NCBI GenBank assembly: GCA_003858585.1
Contig: RQZE01000003.1
Location: 120,001 to 152,000 of the forward strand
From: Erysipelotrichaceae bacterium OH741_COT-311
Lineage (GTDB): Bacteria > Bacillota_I > Bacilli_A > Erysipelotrichales > Erysipelotrichaceae
DNA: 32,000 nucleotides
Direction: 5' to 3'
The position numbers and the translations under genes are program-made. The notes beneath the pieces are model-generated. The model searched no databases. It had not been told where the DNA came from and saw only the letters and a list, made by a program, of their open reading frames with translations. The first letter of the stretch is position 1; each line of letters begins with the position of its first letter. This document shows positions 1-8,124 of the stretch, piece by piece.

Positions 1-1
1 T

Positions 2-313
2 TTGCATGAAGTATATCCATTTAAACATTACATTTATACATTATATAAAAATTACGATAAAACCAACGCACGTAAAGTAATGCAGTTTATTACTAAGAAT
101 AAGATTGATGTGGTTACAAGTAATCTTTATGGGAAACAAGCTATGATTACTTCAGAAATAAAACGACAAATTAACTTAGATCGCACAACAAAGGCGTCGA
201 TGGCAGTGTTTTTACATACGATTAATAACCTTGAAGAAGCTAAAAAATACATAGAAGAAGGATATAAAGGTATGTATAGTGATGGATTAAGTGAAGCGGA
301 TATGAAGGAATAG
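2..313 (+). CDS. 3' end of a gene entering from upstream (C-terminal ~103 aa); possibly a glycerophosphodiester phosphodiesterase-family C-terminus
   Basis: Frame is open from the window edge to TAG at 311-313. The TTG at position 2 is an edge artefact, not a real start. The tail 'VFLHTINNLEEAKKYIEEGYKGMYSD' resembles the WTvN...GvdgiiTD end of GDPD domains (by eye only). Confidence 0.35.
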   Translation: MHEVYPFKHYIYTLYKNYDKTNARKVMQFITKNKIDVVTSNLYGKQAMITSEIKRQINLDRTTKASMAVFLHTINNLEEAKKYIEEGYKGMYSDGLSEADMKE

Positions 314-321
314 GTGATTGT

Positions 322-1275
322 ATGAATGTATATGATTTCGATAAAACCATCTATGATGGAGATAGTACCATAGATTTTTATGTGTTTAATGTAAAAAAAG
401 ACTTACGTTTACTTCGTTTTTTTCCTAAGCAACTCTTTGGTCTTTTTAAGTATTTAGTATTAGGTGCAAGTAAAGAAACATTTAAAGAAGACTTTTATTG
501 TTACTTAAAAGCGATTGATGTCAATACACGTGTGAAAGAGTTTTGGTCTTTGCATCAAAATAAGATCAAAACGTTTTATTGGAAGCAAAAGAAAGAGGAT
601 GATGTCATTATCAGTGCTTCATCTGAATTTTTATTAAAACCTGTTATAGAAGTGTTAAAGGTACGTCTTATCGCATCCAAAAATAATCCTAAGACCGGAA
701 AATTTGAGGGATTGAATTGCTATGGAAAGGAAAAAGTCCACCGTTTCCATCAAGAATATCAAGAAACGATAGATGAATTTTATTCAGATTCTTTCAGCGA
801 TTTACCAATGAGTCAGTTAGCTATAAAAAGCTATATCGTTAAAAAAGAAGAAATTATACCTTGGGATGAGTATAAACCAAGTACCATTTCAAAGTGTAAG
901 CAGATGTTTTTTTCCAAACAATTTATACAATTCCTGTTCATAGGTGTTATTAATACCATCAATGGCATTGCGTTTTCCTACTTATATTCTTTGTTTTTAA
1001 ATCCTAATATTGCTTTTATCTTTGGGTATCTTACTTCTTTAGGAATTGCCTATGTTTTAAATAGTACCTTAGTTTTTAAGCATTCATTATCTTTTCAAAC
1101 ATTAACAAAATTTGCGATTTCTTATATTCCTAATTTTATAATTCAAAATTTAGTAGTACTATTAGTATATAATGTTCTACATTTCCATAAATTGATTGCG
1201 TATGGTCTTGCGGCAATCTTGGGTATTCCTATTACATTTATCTTTCTTAAAATTTTTGCATTTAAAAAGCATTAG
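322..1275 (+). CDS. HAD-IB-type hydrolase domain fused to a GtrA-family 4-TM domain
   Basis: The N-terminus carries HAD motif I, 'DFDKTIYDGDS' (DxDxT). Later motifs are 'ISASSEF', 'YGKEKV' and 'YSDSFSDLPM'. The C-terminal ~120 aa has four hydrophobic helices with a GtrA-like pattern ('FIQFLFIGVINTINGIAFSYL...'). ATG follows an 'aggtgattgt' RBS-like stretch. Confidence 0.75.
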   Translation: MNVYDFDKTIYDGDSTIDFYVFNVKKDLRLLRFFPKQLFGLFKYLVLGASKETFKEDFYCYLKAIDVNTRVKEFWSLHQNKIKTFYWKQKKEDDVIISASSEFLLKPVIEVLKVRLIASKNNPKTGKFEGLNCYGKEKVHRFHQEYQETIDEFYSDSFSDLPMSQLAIKSYIVKKEEIIPWDEYKPSTISKCKQMFFSKQFIQFLFIGVINTINGIAFSYLYSLFLNPNIAFIFGYLTSLGIAYVLNSTLVFKHSLSFQTLTKFAISYIPNFIIQNLVVLLVYNVLHFHKLIAYGLAAILGIPITFIFLKIFAFKKH

Positions 1276-1284
1276 GAGGTTATT

Positions 1285-2211
1285 ATGTTGTTATCGATAA
1301 TTGTTCCCTGTTATAACGAAGAACAAGTTGTAGCTTTGTTTTATCAAGAAGCCATTAAGCATATTTTAGCTTGTAACATGGACTATGAAATTCTTTTTGT
1401 TAATGATGGCTCTAAAGATCAAACACTACAAGAGTGTCTGAAATTAAAAGAAAAAGATCCTCATATTGTTGTTGTTGATTTCAGTCGCAACTTTGGAAAA
1501 GAAGCGGCGATGCTTGCCGGTCTAAGGGAGGCAAAAGGGGACTATGTAGTAATTATGGATAGTGATTTACAAGATCCTCCTTCTCTTTTACCTCAAATGG
1601 TAAATCTTTTAAATAGTGATACTTGTGACAGTGTGGCAACGTATCGAGTAAATCGTAAAGGTGAACCTTTGATTCGTTCGTTTTTTGCACGTTCTTTTTA
1701 CAAGCTCATTAATAAGTTTACAGAAGTAGAGATCGTAGATGGAGCACGTGATTATCGTATGATGAAACGTCAAATGGTCAATGCAATTATTGATTTACCG
1801 GAATATCAACGTTTTTCAAAAGGTATTTTTACGTGGGTTGGCTTTCGCAGTCAATACTTAGAATATGAAAATATTCAGCGGGTGGCAGGGGAAACCAAAT
1901 GGAGTTTCTTTAAGTTGGTGAAGTATGCCATTGAAGGTATTGTTGCTTATACAACAGCACCACTTCGTCTTGCGACAGTGATAGGTATCTTAATGTCCAT
2001 TGTAGGCTTTAGCTTTATGTTGTTCATTGTTATAAAGGCTATTTTCTTTGGAGATCCTGTAGCTGGCTATCCTTCTATGATTGTAGTTATTTCTTTAATT
2101 GGTGGTATCCAATTATTGGTGTTAGGGGTATTGGGAGAATATTTAGCGAAGACTTATATGGAAACAAAACGTAGACCAAACTATATTATTAAGAAAAGGT
2201 ACGATGAATGA
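1285..2211 (+). CDS. Family 2 glycosyltransferase, polyprenyl-phosphate sugar synthase type (GtrB/CsbB/ArnC-like)
   Basis: 'LSIIVPCYNEE' N-terminus, 'DSDLQDPP' (DxD) motif and two C-terminal TM helices, as in GtrB/CsbB. AGGAGG RBS at 1274-1279. Confidence 0.85.
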   Translation: MLLSIIVPCYNEEQVVALFYQEAIKHILACNMDYEILFVNDGSKDQTLQECLKLKEKDPHIVVVDFSRNFGKEAAMLAGLREAKGDYVVIMDSDLQDPPSLLPQMVNLLNSDTCDSVATYRVNRKGEPLIRSFFARSFYKLINKFTEVEIVDGARDYRMMKRQMVNAIIDLPEYQRFSKGIFTWVGFRSQYLEYENIQRVAGETKWSFFKLVKYAIEGIVAYTTAPLRLATVIGILMSIVGFSFMLFIVIKAIFFGDPVAGYPSMIVVISLIGGIQLLVLGVLGEYLAKTYMETKRRPNYIIKKRYDE

Positions 2212-3869
2212 AACTATTGATTTCTTTGCTATATCCTATATTTATCCTTGTCATTATGGGTGGTATTTTATACCATCAACGCATGCATAAACATTTTAAA
2301 TGGTTTGTTTTCTTAAATGGGATTTTTGCTTTTGTTTTATTGGTATTTACATATTTCTATTTTAAATTTGAAGATACCATTTATTTTTGGGATTCAAGTG
2401 GACAATGGAGCAACGCTATTTATACATTGGATGCGTATCATTATTCATTAGATGGTCTGTTTTATGAGTTATATCAAAGTATGCTACATACTGAATATTC
2501 AAAGTTACCAGCTTTTTTCTTATTATTTCCATTGCATCAATTTGGCACTGAATTTCGCCATTTTGCTTTTGCAATGGTGTTAGTATTTGCCATCCCCGCA
2601 TGTTTTCTTCTAACCGCTTTTGTTTATCAATATCATCATGAAAAGATGAGTAAATGGCATTTGGTATCACTGGTAAGTCTTGTTTATTTAAGCAGTCCTA
2701 TTTTATTTTCCATGTTGGAAGGAGAAAGTGGGGCAGCCGGTATTGTATTTATTCTTTTGTTTTATTGGCTTTTTGCAAGCTATCGCTATGAGCGTTTTGA
2801 ACTGCTTAAAAACATTGCACTGGTAGGTTGTATTCTGATTTTAGTTTTTTTACGTCGATGGTATATCTTTTGGGTTATTAGCTATTTTTTTACGACGTTT
2901 CTGTTTCAATGTTATGTAGCTTATCGTAAAAAGAAATTTCCTTTATGGCTCATAGTAAACTATGCTTTTATTACTTTTACGGTACTTGTTTGTTTGTGGC
3001 TGTTTTTTAAAGAGTTTGTAATTATGATTACTACGGCAAACTATGTGGACGCCTATGTAGCTTATCGCATTAGTCTGTTGAATCAACTACAACATACACT
3101 AGGATTTTATGGTTTAGGTTACCTAGTTTTAGTTATAATTGGGATATATTGGATTTATAAATCAAAAAGCAAGTATGGGTTTCTACCATTTCACATTGTA
3201 TTTACCTACGCAATTTTTTTGATTGTAGATCGTTTTGATACCCATCATTATTATGTAATTACCATTGAACTTTTATTATTGATAATAACCGCCATCTTAA
3301 GGATGGATAAGAAATGGCAACATGGTTTCATGACTGTAGTAATTAGTTTTCTCTTTCTTACAAAATTAGTCTTACCATTTCCAAATCTTTTGGCAGGAAC
3401 AATTACAAATGCACCTGAAGTACGTAAGGATAAGGAAACCATTATTGCAATGGTAAAGGATATGAATCAGATTGTACAAGATGATTCCATTTATATCTTG
3501 GCGAGTTCGTTGCTATATAATAATCAAACATTTCAAAATGTCATGTTACCTCAAAAGATGTCTTCCATGAAGAATATGCTGGCAGTAGCACACATCGATC
3601 AAAGAGATGGCTTTCCACTTGTAGTCTTTGATGCAGATTACATACTCTTGGTTAGTCCACATCAAATTCATAAAGAAGAAAAGTATCAAAAAGTCATTAT
3701 TAAATTAAGCGAAGCTTTACAAACTATGGCAAGGGATCATTATCAACTTGTAAAAACATATAAAATTGATGAAACAAGCTTTACATTGGTAAAAAAAATC
3801 AAAGAGTTTACCTTGCAACAACAACAATCTATTATTGATTTTGTTGAAATTGAGCCAATATTGAAATAA
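2208..3869 (+). CDS. Polytopic (about 12-13 TM) membrane protein with a C-terminal soluble domain; probable GT-C-fold glycosyltransferase partner of the GT2
   Basis: 4-nt ATGA overlap with the upstream GT2 gene. Many hydrophobic helices, an acidic/aromatic first external loop ('FEDTIYFWDSSGQW') and a ~170-aa non-membrane C-terminus. The family call rests on architecture and context, not on recognised motifs. Confidence 0.55.
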   Translation: MKLLISLLYPIFILVIMGGILYHQRMHKHFKWFVFLNGIFAFVLLVFTYFYFKFEDTIYFWDSSGQWSNAIYTLDAYHYSLDGLFYELYQSMLHTEYSKLPAFFLLFPLHQFGTEFRHFAFAMVLVFAIPACFLLTAFVYQYHHEKMSKWHLVSLVSLVYLSSPILFSMLEGESGAAGIVFILLFYWLFASYRYERFELLKNIALVGCILILVFLRRWYIFWVISYFFTTFLFQCYVAYRKKKFPLWLIVNYAFITFTVLVCLWLFFKEFVIMITTANYVDAYVAYRISLLNQLQHTLGFYGLGYLVLVIIGIYWIYKSKSKYGFLPFHIVFTYAIFLIVDRFDTHHYYVITIELLLLIITAILRMDKKWQHGFMTVVISFLFLTKLVLPFPNLLAGTITNAPEVRKDKETIIAMVKDMNQIVQDDSIYILASSLLYNNQTFQNVMLPQKMSSMKNMLAVAHIDQRDGFPLVVFDADYILLVSPHQIHKEEKYQKVIIKLSEALQTMARDHYQLVKTYKIDETSFTLVKKIKEFTLQQQQSIIDFVEIEPILK

Positions 3870-3884
3870 AATGTTGCTTAAACG

Positions 3885-3913
3885 TTGAAACATGAATTTA
3901 ATAGGCATATAAT
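3885..3913 (+). promoter_or_regulatory. Sigma-A type promoter for pduL (TTGAAA-17 nt-TATAAT)
   Basis: TTGAAA at 3885-3890, a 17-nt spacer, then TATAAT at 3908-3913. The GGGGGAGG RBS and ATG 3938 follow. Confidence 0.65.
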
Positions 3914-3937
3914 ATTTTTCATGGGGGAGGAAATGTT

Positions 3938-4507
3938 ATGGAAAAAATTTTAGTCGAAATTTCTGCTAGACATATTCATTTATGCCAGGAACATTTAGAC
4001 ATCCTTTTTGGAAAAGATTATCAACTGACAAAGAAAAAAGAATTATCACAACCTGGGCAATATGCAGCCGAAGAGAAAGTTATAGTAAGGGGTCCTAAAA
4101 GTGAACTGAAGGTTACGGTTTTAGGTCCACTTAGAAAACATACTCAACTTGAAATTTCATTGACAGAAGCGCGTACCTTGGGTGTAAAAGCATTAATTCG
4201 TGAATCTGGGAATATTGCCGGTACTACAGGCATTGAAATTATTGGTCCAAATGGTAGTGTTACCATTGAAGAAGGTGTGATTGCTGCAAAGCGTCATATT
4301 CACATGACACCGGAAGATGCGAAAAACTATGGTGTTGAAAATGGTGATTTAGTAAGTGTTAAAATTGAAACAGAGGATCGTTCATTAACGTTCTCAGATA
4401 CGGTAATACGAGTTTCTGATAAATTCGCGTTGGCTATGCATATTGATACCGATGAAGCTAATGCTGCTGGATTTTCCGGGACAACAATGGGTGTATTAAT
4501 CAAATAA
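3938..4507 (+). CDS. pduL: Phosphate propanoyl/acetyl-transferase, PduL type
   Basis: Duplicated PduL signature: 'EISARHIHL' near the N-terminus and 'AAKRHIHMTPEDA' in the second half, plus 'MHIDTDEANAAG'. The length of 189 aa is typical of the PduL core without an encapsulation peptide. Confidence 0.85.
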   Translation: MEKILVEISARHIHLCQEHLDILFGKDYQLTKKKELSQPGQYAAEEKVIVRGPKSELKVTVLGPLRKHTQLEISLTEARTLGVKALIRESGNIAGTTGIEIIGPNGSVTIEEGVIAAKRHIHMTPEDAKNYGVENGDLVSVKIETEDRSLTFSDTVIRVSDKFALAMHIDTDEANAAGFSGTTMGVLIK

Positions 4508-4531
4508 AACTTCAAATTTTGAAGTTTTTTT
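4505..4531 (+). terminator. Rho-independent terminator after pduL
   Basis: Inverted repeat 'aaaacttcaaa/tttgaagtttt' followed by a T-run. Confidence 0.7.
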
Positions 4532-4636
4532 AATTTCCAGCTAGTTTCATAATGTATTCTTTTATATAATGTACATAAGATGCTTGTAAAGCGCTTTCGT
4601 TTCATCAAACAGAAGAAGTGAAAGGATGGTATAAAG

Positions 4637-5809
4637 ATGAGTACGTTTGATACAAAAATCTGTCGTAAAAGAACAAAGTCCATTAAATATGAATGGGCAA
4701 TGAAAATGGCAGGAGAAGATGTAATTCCGTTGTGGATTGCAGATATGGATTTTGCCATTTCCCCTATTATTGAAGAAGCATTAAAAAAACGTTTAGATCA
4801 TCCAATTTTTGGGTATCAACAGGTGGAAGAAGATATTTTCGATAATATGATAGCTTGGTTTAAACAAAGACATCATTATTATTTAAAGAAAGAAGATTTA
4901 ATTTTAACGGTAGGTGTTCTCCCTTCACTTTCCTTAGCAATTCGTATGCTTAGTGAAAAAGGCGATAAAGTGATAATACCGACTCCAGCCTATCAACCTT
5001 TTATCACCAAGACTACCATCAATGAGCGGATTCCATTAACCACTGCTATGAAGTTAGTGAATCATCGTTATACCATTGATTTTGATGATTTAGAGAAACA
5101 AATGGATGAAACGGTAAAACTCTTTATCTTATGCAATCCTCATAATCCAAGTGGAACATTATATACCAAAGAGGAATTACAAGAAATTGTTGATTTTTGT
5201 AAGAAACACCAACTTTATATTATTTCAGATGAAATACATTGTGATTTCATAGGAAAAGACCAACAGTTTTATCCAATTATGGATATTGATGAGTATAGCC
5301 GTAGTCATACCGTTGCATTAACTTCTGTTGGTAAAACGTTTAACTTAGCCGGTATTAAGATTGCTACGGTTATTATTAAAGATCCTAAACTTCATGAAGC
5401 TTACGCAAAGGCTGTAAAGCAAATAGGTTTAGATGAAATTAATATTTTTGCCTATGAGGCGTATAAAGCAGCCTATAGTTTTGAAAATAGTCAATGGTTT
5501 GATCAGGAACTGGCGTATATTCAAGCAAATAAAGCATTTGTAAAAGAATATATCAAAGAACATATGCCTAAGGTTTATGTAAATGATTCACAAAGTACAT
5601 ATTTGCTTTGGTTAAATTTTAACCCTTTAAAGATTGATGATATTCATAGTATTTTACTGAAAGAAGCAAAGGTAATGTTTGTACGTGGGAATTTCTTTGG
5701 GGAAGAGTATGACGGGTATGAGCGTATCAATTTAGCTAGTCCAAGAGAGTGTTTGCAAGAAGCGATGCACCGTATTAGTAAAGTTTTGAAAAAATATAAT
5801 AATATTTAG
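4637..5809 (+). CDS. patB: PLP-dependent C-S lyase / aminotransferase of the MalY/PatB class (cystathionine beta-lyase-like)
   Basis: N-terminal 'R..T.S.KYEW...VIPLWIADMDF' hallmark, 'CNPHNPSG', and the PLP-lysine context 'SVGKTFNLAG'. Confidence 0.8.
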   Translation: MSTFDTKICRKRTKSIKYEWAMKMAGEDVIPLWIADMDFAISPIIEEALKKRLDHPIFGYQQVEEDIFDNMIAWFKQRHHYYLKKEDLILTVGVLPSLSLAIRMLSEKGDKVIIPTPAYQPFITKTTINERIPLTTAMKLVNHRYTIDFDDLEKQMDETVKLFILCNPHNPSGTLYTKEELQEIVDFCKKHQLYIISDEIHCDFIGKDQQFYPIMDIDEYSRSHTVALTSVGKTFNLAGIKIATVIIKDPKLHEAYAKAVKQIGLDEINIFAYEAYKAAYSFENSQWFDQELAYIQANKAFVKEYIKEHMPKVYVNDSQSTYLLWLNFNPLKIDDIHSILLKEAKVMFVRGNFFGEEYDGYERINLASPRECLQEAMHRISKVLKKYNNI

Positions 5810-5838
5810 TAAAATCTGAATAAAAGTTGAATCAGATA

Positions 5839-5867
5839 TTGCAATTCTTAAACATACACAAGATAAT
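5839..5867 (+). promoter_or_regulatory. Candidate promoter (TTGCAA-17 nt-GATAAT)
   Basis: TTGCAA at 5839-5844, a 17-nt spacer, then GATAAT at 5862-5867, upstream of the AAGGAGGAG RBS and ATG 5889. Confidence 0.4.
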
Positions 5868-5888
5868 TTATAAAGGAGGAGATCAAAT

Positions 5889-6791
5889 ATGGAACCAGTA
5901 TTAGTTATTTTAGCAGCAGGAATGGGCAGTCGCTATGGAGGGTTAAAACAAATTGATACCGTAGGTAGCAATGGGGAGTCAATTATTGATTTTTCTATTT
6001 ATGATGCCATTCGTGCAGGCTTTAAAAAAGTTGTATTAATCATTCGTAAGGAGCATGAAGAAGCATTCAAACGTAATCTTACCGATAAAATTTCTAGTAA
6101 AATTCAAGTGGAATTTGCTTATCAAGATTTATATGATATTCCAGATGTAATTAAGGTACCGGAAGGCAGAGAAAAACCATGGGGAACAACGCATGCGCTA
6201 TTGGCTTGTAGAGAGATTGTTAAAGAACCATTTATGATTTGTAATGCAGATGATTACTATGGACCTCAAGCTTTTGAAACTATGTATCAATTCTTAAAGC
6301 ATGAAGTAAAAGATCATTATTATGGTATGGTTGGTTATGTTTTAGAAAATACACTTACGGAAAACGGAACTGTTACAAGAGGATTTTGCCAACAAGAACA
6401 TGGGCTTTTAACAAGTATTAAAGAAGTGGCTAAGATTAGAAAAAATGTACAAGGAGCAGAGTATCTTGAAGAAGAACAATGGTTACAAGCACCACAGAAT
6501 ACACTGACGTCTATGAACTTCTGGGGATTTACGCCAAAGATTTTTGAAAATTGTAAGGCAATCTTTGAAACATTCTTGAAAGAACAAGTTTCAGAAAATC
6601 CAATGAAAGCTGAACATGTCTTACCAACGGCGGTGGGAGACTTAATAAAAGCGAATGTATGTCAAGTAAAGGTTATGGCATCAAAAGAAAAATGGTTTGG
6701 TGTTACCTATCAAGAAGATAAGCCAAGTGTGGTTGCTAATCTTGCATCGTATAAAGAACAAGGTTTGTATCCATTTGATTTGTGGGCATAA
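5889..6791 (+). CDS. Sugar-phosphate nucleotidyltransferase family protein (GT-A/NTP_transferase fold); substrate unknown
   Basis: N-terminal 'ILAAGMGSRYGGLKQ' nucleotide-binding loop and 'CNADDYYG'. No motif allows a substrate call. Confidence 0.7.
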   Translation: MEPVLVILAAGMGSRYGGLKQIDTVGSNGESIIDFSIYDAIRAGFKKVVLIIRKEHEEAFKRNLTDKISSKIQVEFAYQDLYDIPDVIKVPEGREKPWGTTHALLACREIVKEPFMICNADDYYGPQAFETMYQFLKHEVKDHYYGMVGYVLENTLTENGTVTRGFCQQEHGLLTSIKEVAKIRKNVQGAEYLEEEQWLQAPQNTLTSMNFWGFTPKIFENCKAIFETFLKEQVSENPMKAEHVLPTAVGDLIKANVCQVKVMASKEKWFGVTYQEDKPSVVANLASYKEQGLYPFDLWA

Positions 6792-6806
6792 AAGAATGAA
6801 AACATT

Positions 6807-6847
6807 AAAAAACACCTCTGTATTATAATGATACAGAGGTGTTTTTT
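6807..6847. terminator. Bidirectional rho-independent terminator shared by convergent genes
   Basis: 17-nt arms 'aaaaaacacctctgtat' / 'atacagaggtgtttttt' with a 7-nt loop, A-run on one side and T-run on the other. It overlaps the TraB-family stop codon. Confidence 0.85.
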
Positions 6848-8009
6848 ATTTTAAGTTTAGTAAGGTTTTAATTAATTCACTACCACCTAAAAACGTAGCA
6901 ACGGTACTAAAGATATTTGCCATAATCACAACCAATAGAATATGGGTAACTTTATTGTTGTAAAAGCCTTTAAACGAATTTACATCTTCACTTAAAGATT
7001 CAAAATCTTTTACTTGTGGTTTTCTTAAATAAGCCTCACTAATGCCTGCAAACCATCCTGCTGCAAGCAATGGACTAAGTGAAGTAATCGGTGCCATGAT
7101 AAACGCAAATAAAATGGATAAGATATGCCCTTTCGCAAGCAATACACCAAAGGCGGATAAGGTACCATTGTAAAGAGTCCAAGTAAATAATTGTTTTACT
7201 CCAATGGAAGTATCTGCATGAAACGATATGGCCAATATCGCAAGAATACTGATAGGGATAAGCCAACCCAAGGCTTTTGAAATCCATGATTTTTTAGGGA
7301 TAGACTCTAATTGTGTAAGATCATACTCTTCATAGATGTAGCGTTTGATACCGGGTTGATGGGCAGCGCCAACTACAGCGACAATTTTTTTGCCTTCTGA
7401 TTGCTTAATCTTCATGGCTAAATATTGATCACGCTCATCTACAAGAACCGTTTTTACTATTGGAAATTGCTTTCCGATGTCATTTAGTGCGGTCTCTAAC
7501 ATATCACTTTGTTTTAGTTGCTCAATTTCTTCTTCACTAATTGATTCCTCTTCAAAGACACTGGTAAATAAACTAGCAATTAATTTCATTTTGGCAAAGA
7601 AACTATGTTTTGCCCAAATACGTTTTAATGTAATGTTAACATTACGATCGACAAGGGATAAAGGAATATTCTTTATCTCACTCATAGTAATGGCTTGTAA
7701 CATTTCACCGCCACTGGTCGCATCTAGACTTTTTGCCACACGTTTTTGAAAGGAAGATAAAATAATGGTAATGAAAAGGAGCCCAACCTTTTTTTCTTTT
7801 ATAATGCTAAGGATGTCTTGATTTTTATATTGTTTCGGATTTAAAATGCTGTCATATCTTTTTTGATCAAGCTCGATGGCAATGCAATCCGGGTTTACTT
7901 CTTCAATGACTTCTTTTACTTGTTGTGCACTGATATTTGAGACATGGGCAGTGCCAACTAAGTAAATTTCCTTGTCATTTACAAGGAGTTTCTCGTATTT
8001 TTGATTCAT
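6846..8009 (-). CDS. TraB/GumN family protein with a C-terminal membrane domain
   Basis: 'IYLVGTAHVSNISAQQVKEVIEEVNPDCIAIELD' is the TraB-family N-terminal signature. 'VVGAAHQPGI' is present, followed by 4-5 C-terminal TM helices. Confidence 0.8.
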   Translation of the reverse strand: MNQKYEKLLVNDKEIYLVGTAHVSNISAQQVKEVIEEVNPDCIAIELDQKRYDSILNPKQYKNQDILSIIKEKKVGLLFITIILSSFQKRVAKSLDATSGGEMLQAITMSEIKNIPLSLVDRNVNITLKRIWAKHSFFAKMKLIASLFTSVFEEESISEEEIEQLKQSDMLETALNDIGKQFPIVKTVLVDERDQYLAMKIKQSEGKKIVAVVGAAHQPGIKRYIYEEYDLTQLESIPKKSWISKALGWLIPISILAILAISFHADTSIGVKQLFTWTLYNGTLSAFGVLLAKGHILSILFAFIMAPITSLSPLLAAGWFAGISEAYLRKPQVKDFESLSEDVNSFKGFYNNKVTHILLVVIMANIFSTVATFLGGSELIKTLLNLK

Positions 8010-8072
8010 AAATAGCCTCCTAATTTCTTAATTTTATATGAAAAAAGTAGATTGGTCTAGTTAAAAGATAAT

Positions 8073-8100
8073 TTAATTCATACTTTGAATATGTTATAAT
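8073..8100 (+). promoter_or_regulatory. Candidate extended -10 promoter for the cdaA operon
   Basis: 'TGTTATAAT' at 8092-8100 with a weak -35 'TTAATT' at 8073-8078. It leaves a very short leader before GGAGG at 8110-8114. Confidence 0.4.
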
Positions 8101-8124
8101 GTTACTCATGGAGGATTGTATTCA

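Noticed and set aside
3791-3798. A8 homopolymer in the GT-C-like gene as a phase-variation switch (also A7 runs at 14236-14242 and 17162-17168, and T7 at ~18212)
   Set aside because: The tracts are short for slipped-strand switching. The A8 lies 25 codons from the stop, where a shift would have little effect. Such runs are expected by chance in DNA this AT-rich.
2416-3908. Three short minus-strand ORFs (2416-2670, 3251-3442, 3717-3908) inside the GT-C-like gene
   Set aside because: They are antisense shadows within a long, well-supported membrane-protein ORF.
4532-4636. Possible riboswitch or T-box leader upstream of the PatB/MalY-type gene
   Set aside because: The leader is only ~100 nt, with no specifier or antiterminator-like structure and no conserved S-box/T-box sequence that I could recognise. 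It is too short for those elements.
4327-4758. 143-aa minus-strand ORF spanning the pduL 3' end, its terminator and the patB 5' end
   Set aside because: It is antisense to two well-supported genes and crosses a terminator. No RBS and no recognisable motifs.
7075-7749. ORFs 7075-7287 (-, alternative frame) and 7477-7749 (+) within the TraB-family gene
   Set aside because: They overlap a motif-supported CDS. They have Ser/Cys/Leu-rich or otherwise atypical composition and no RBS.
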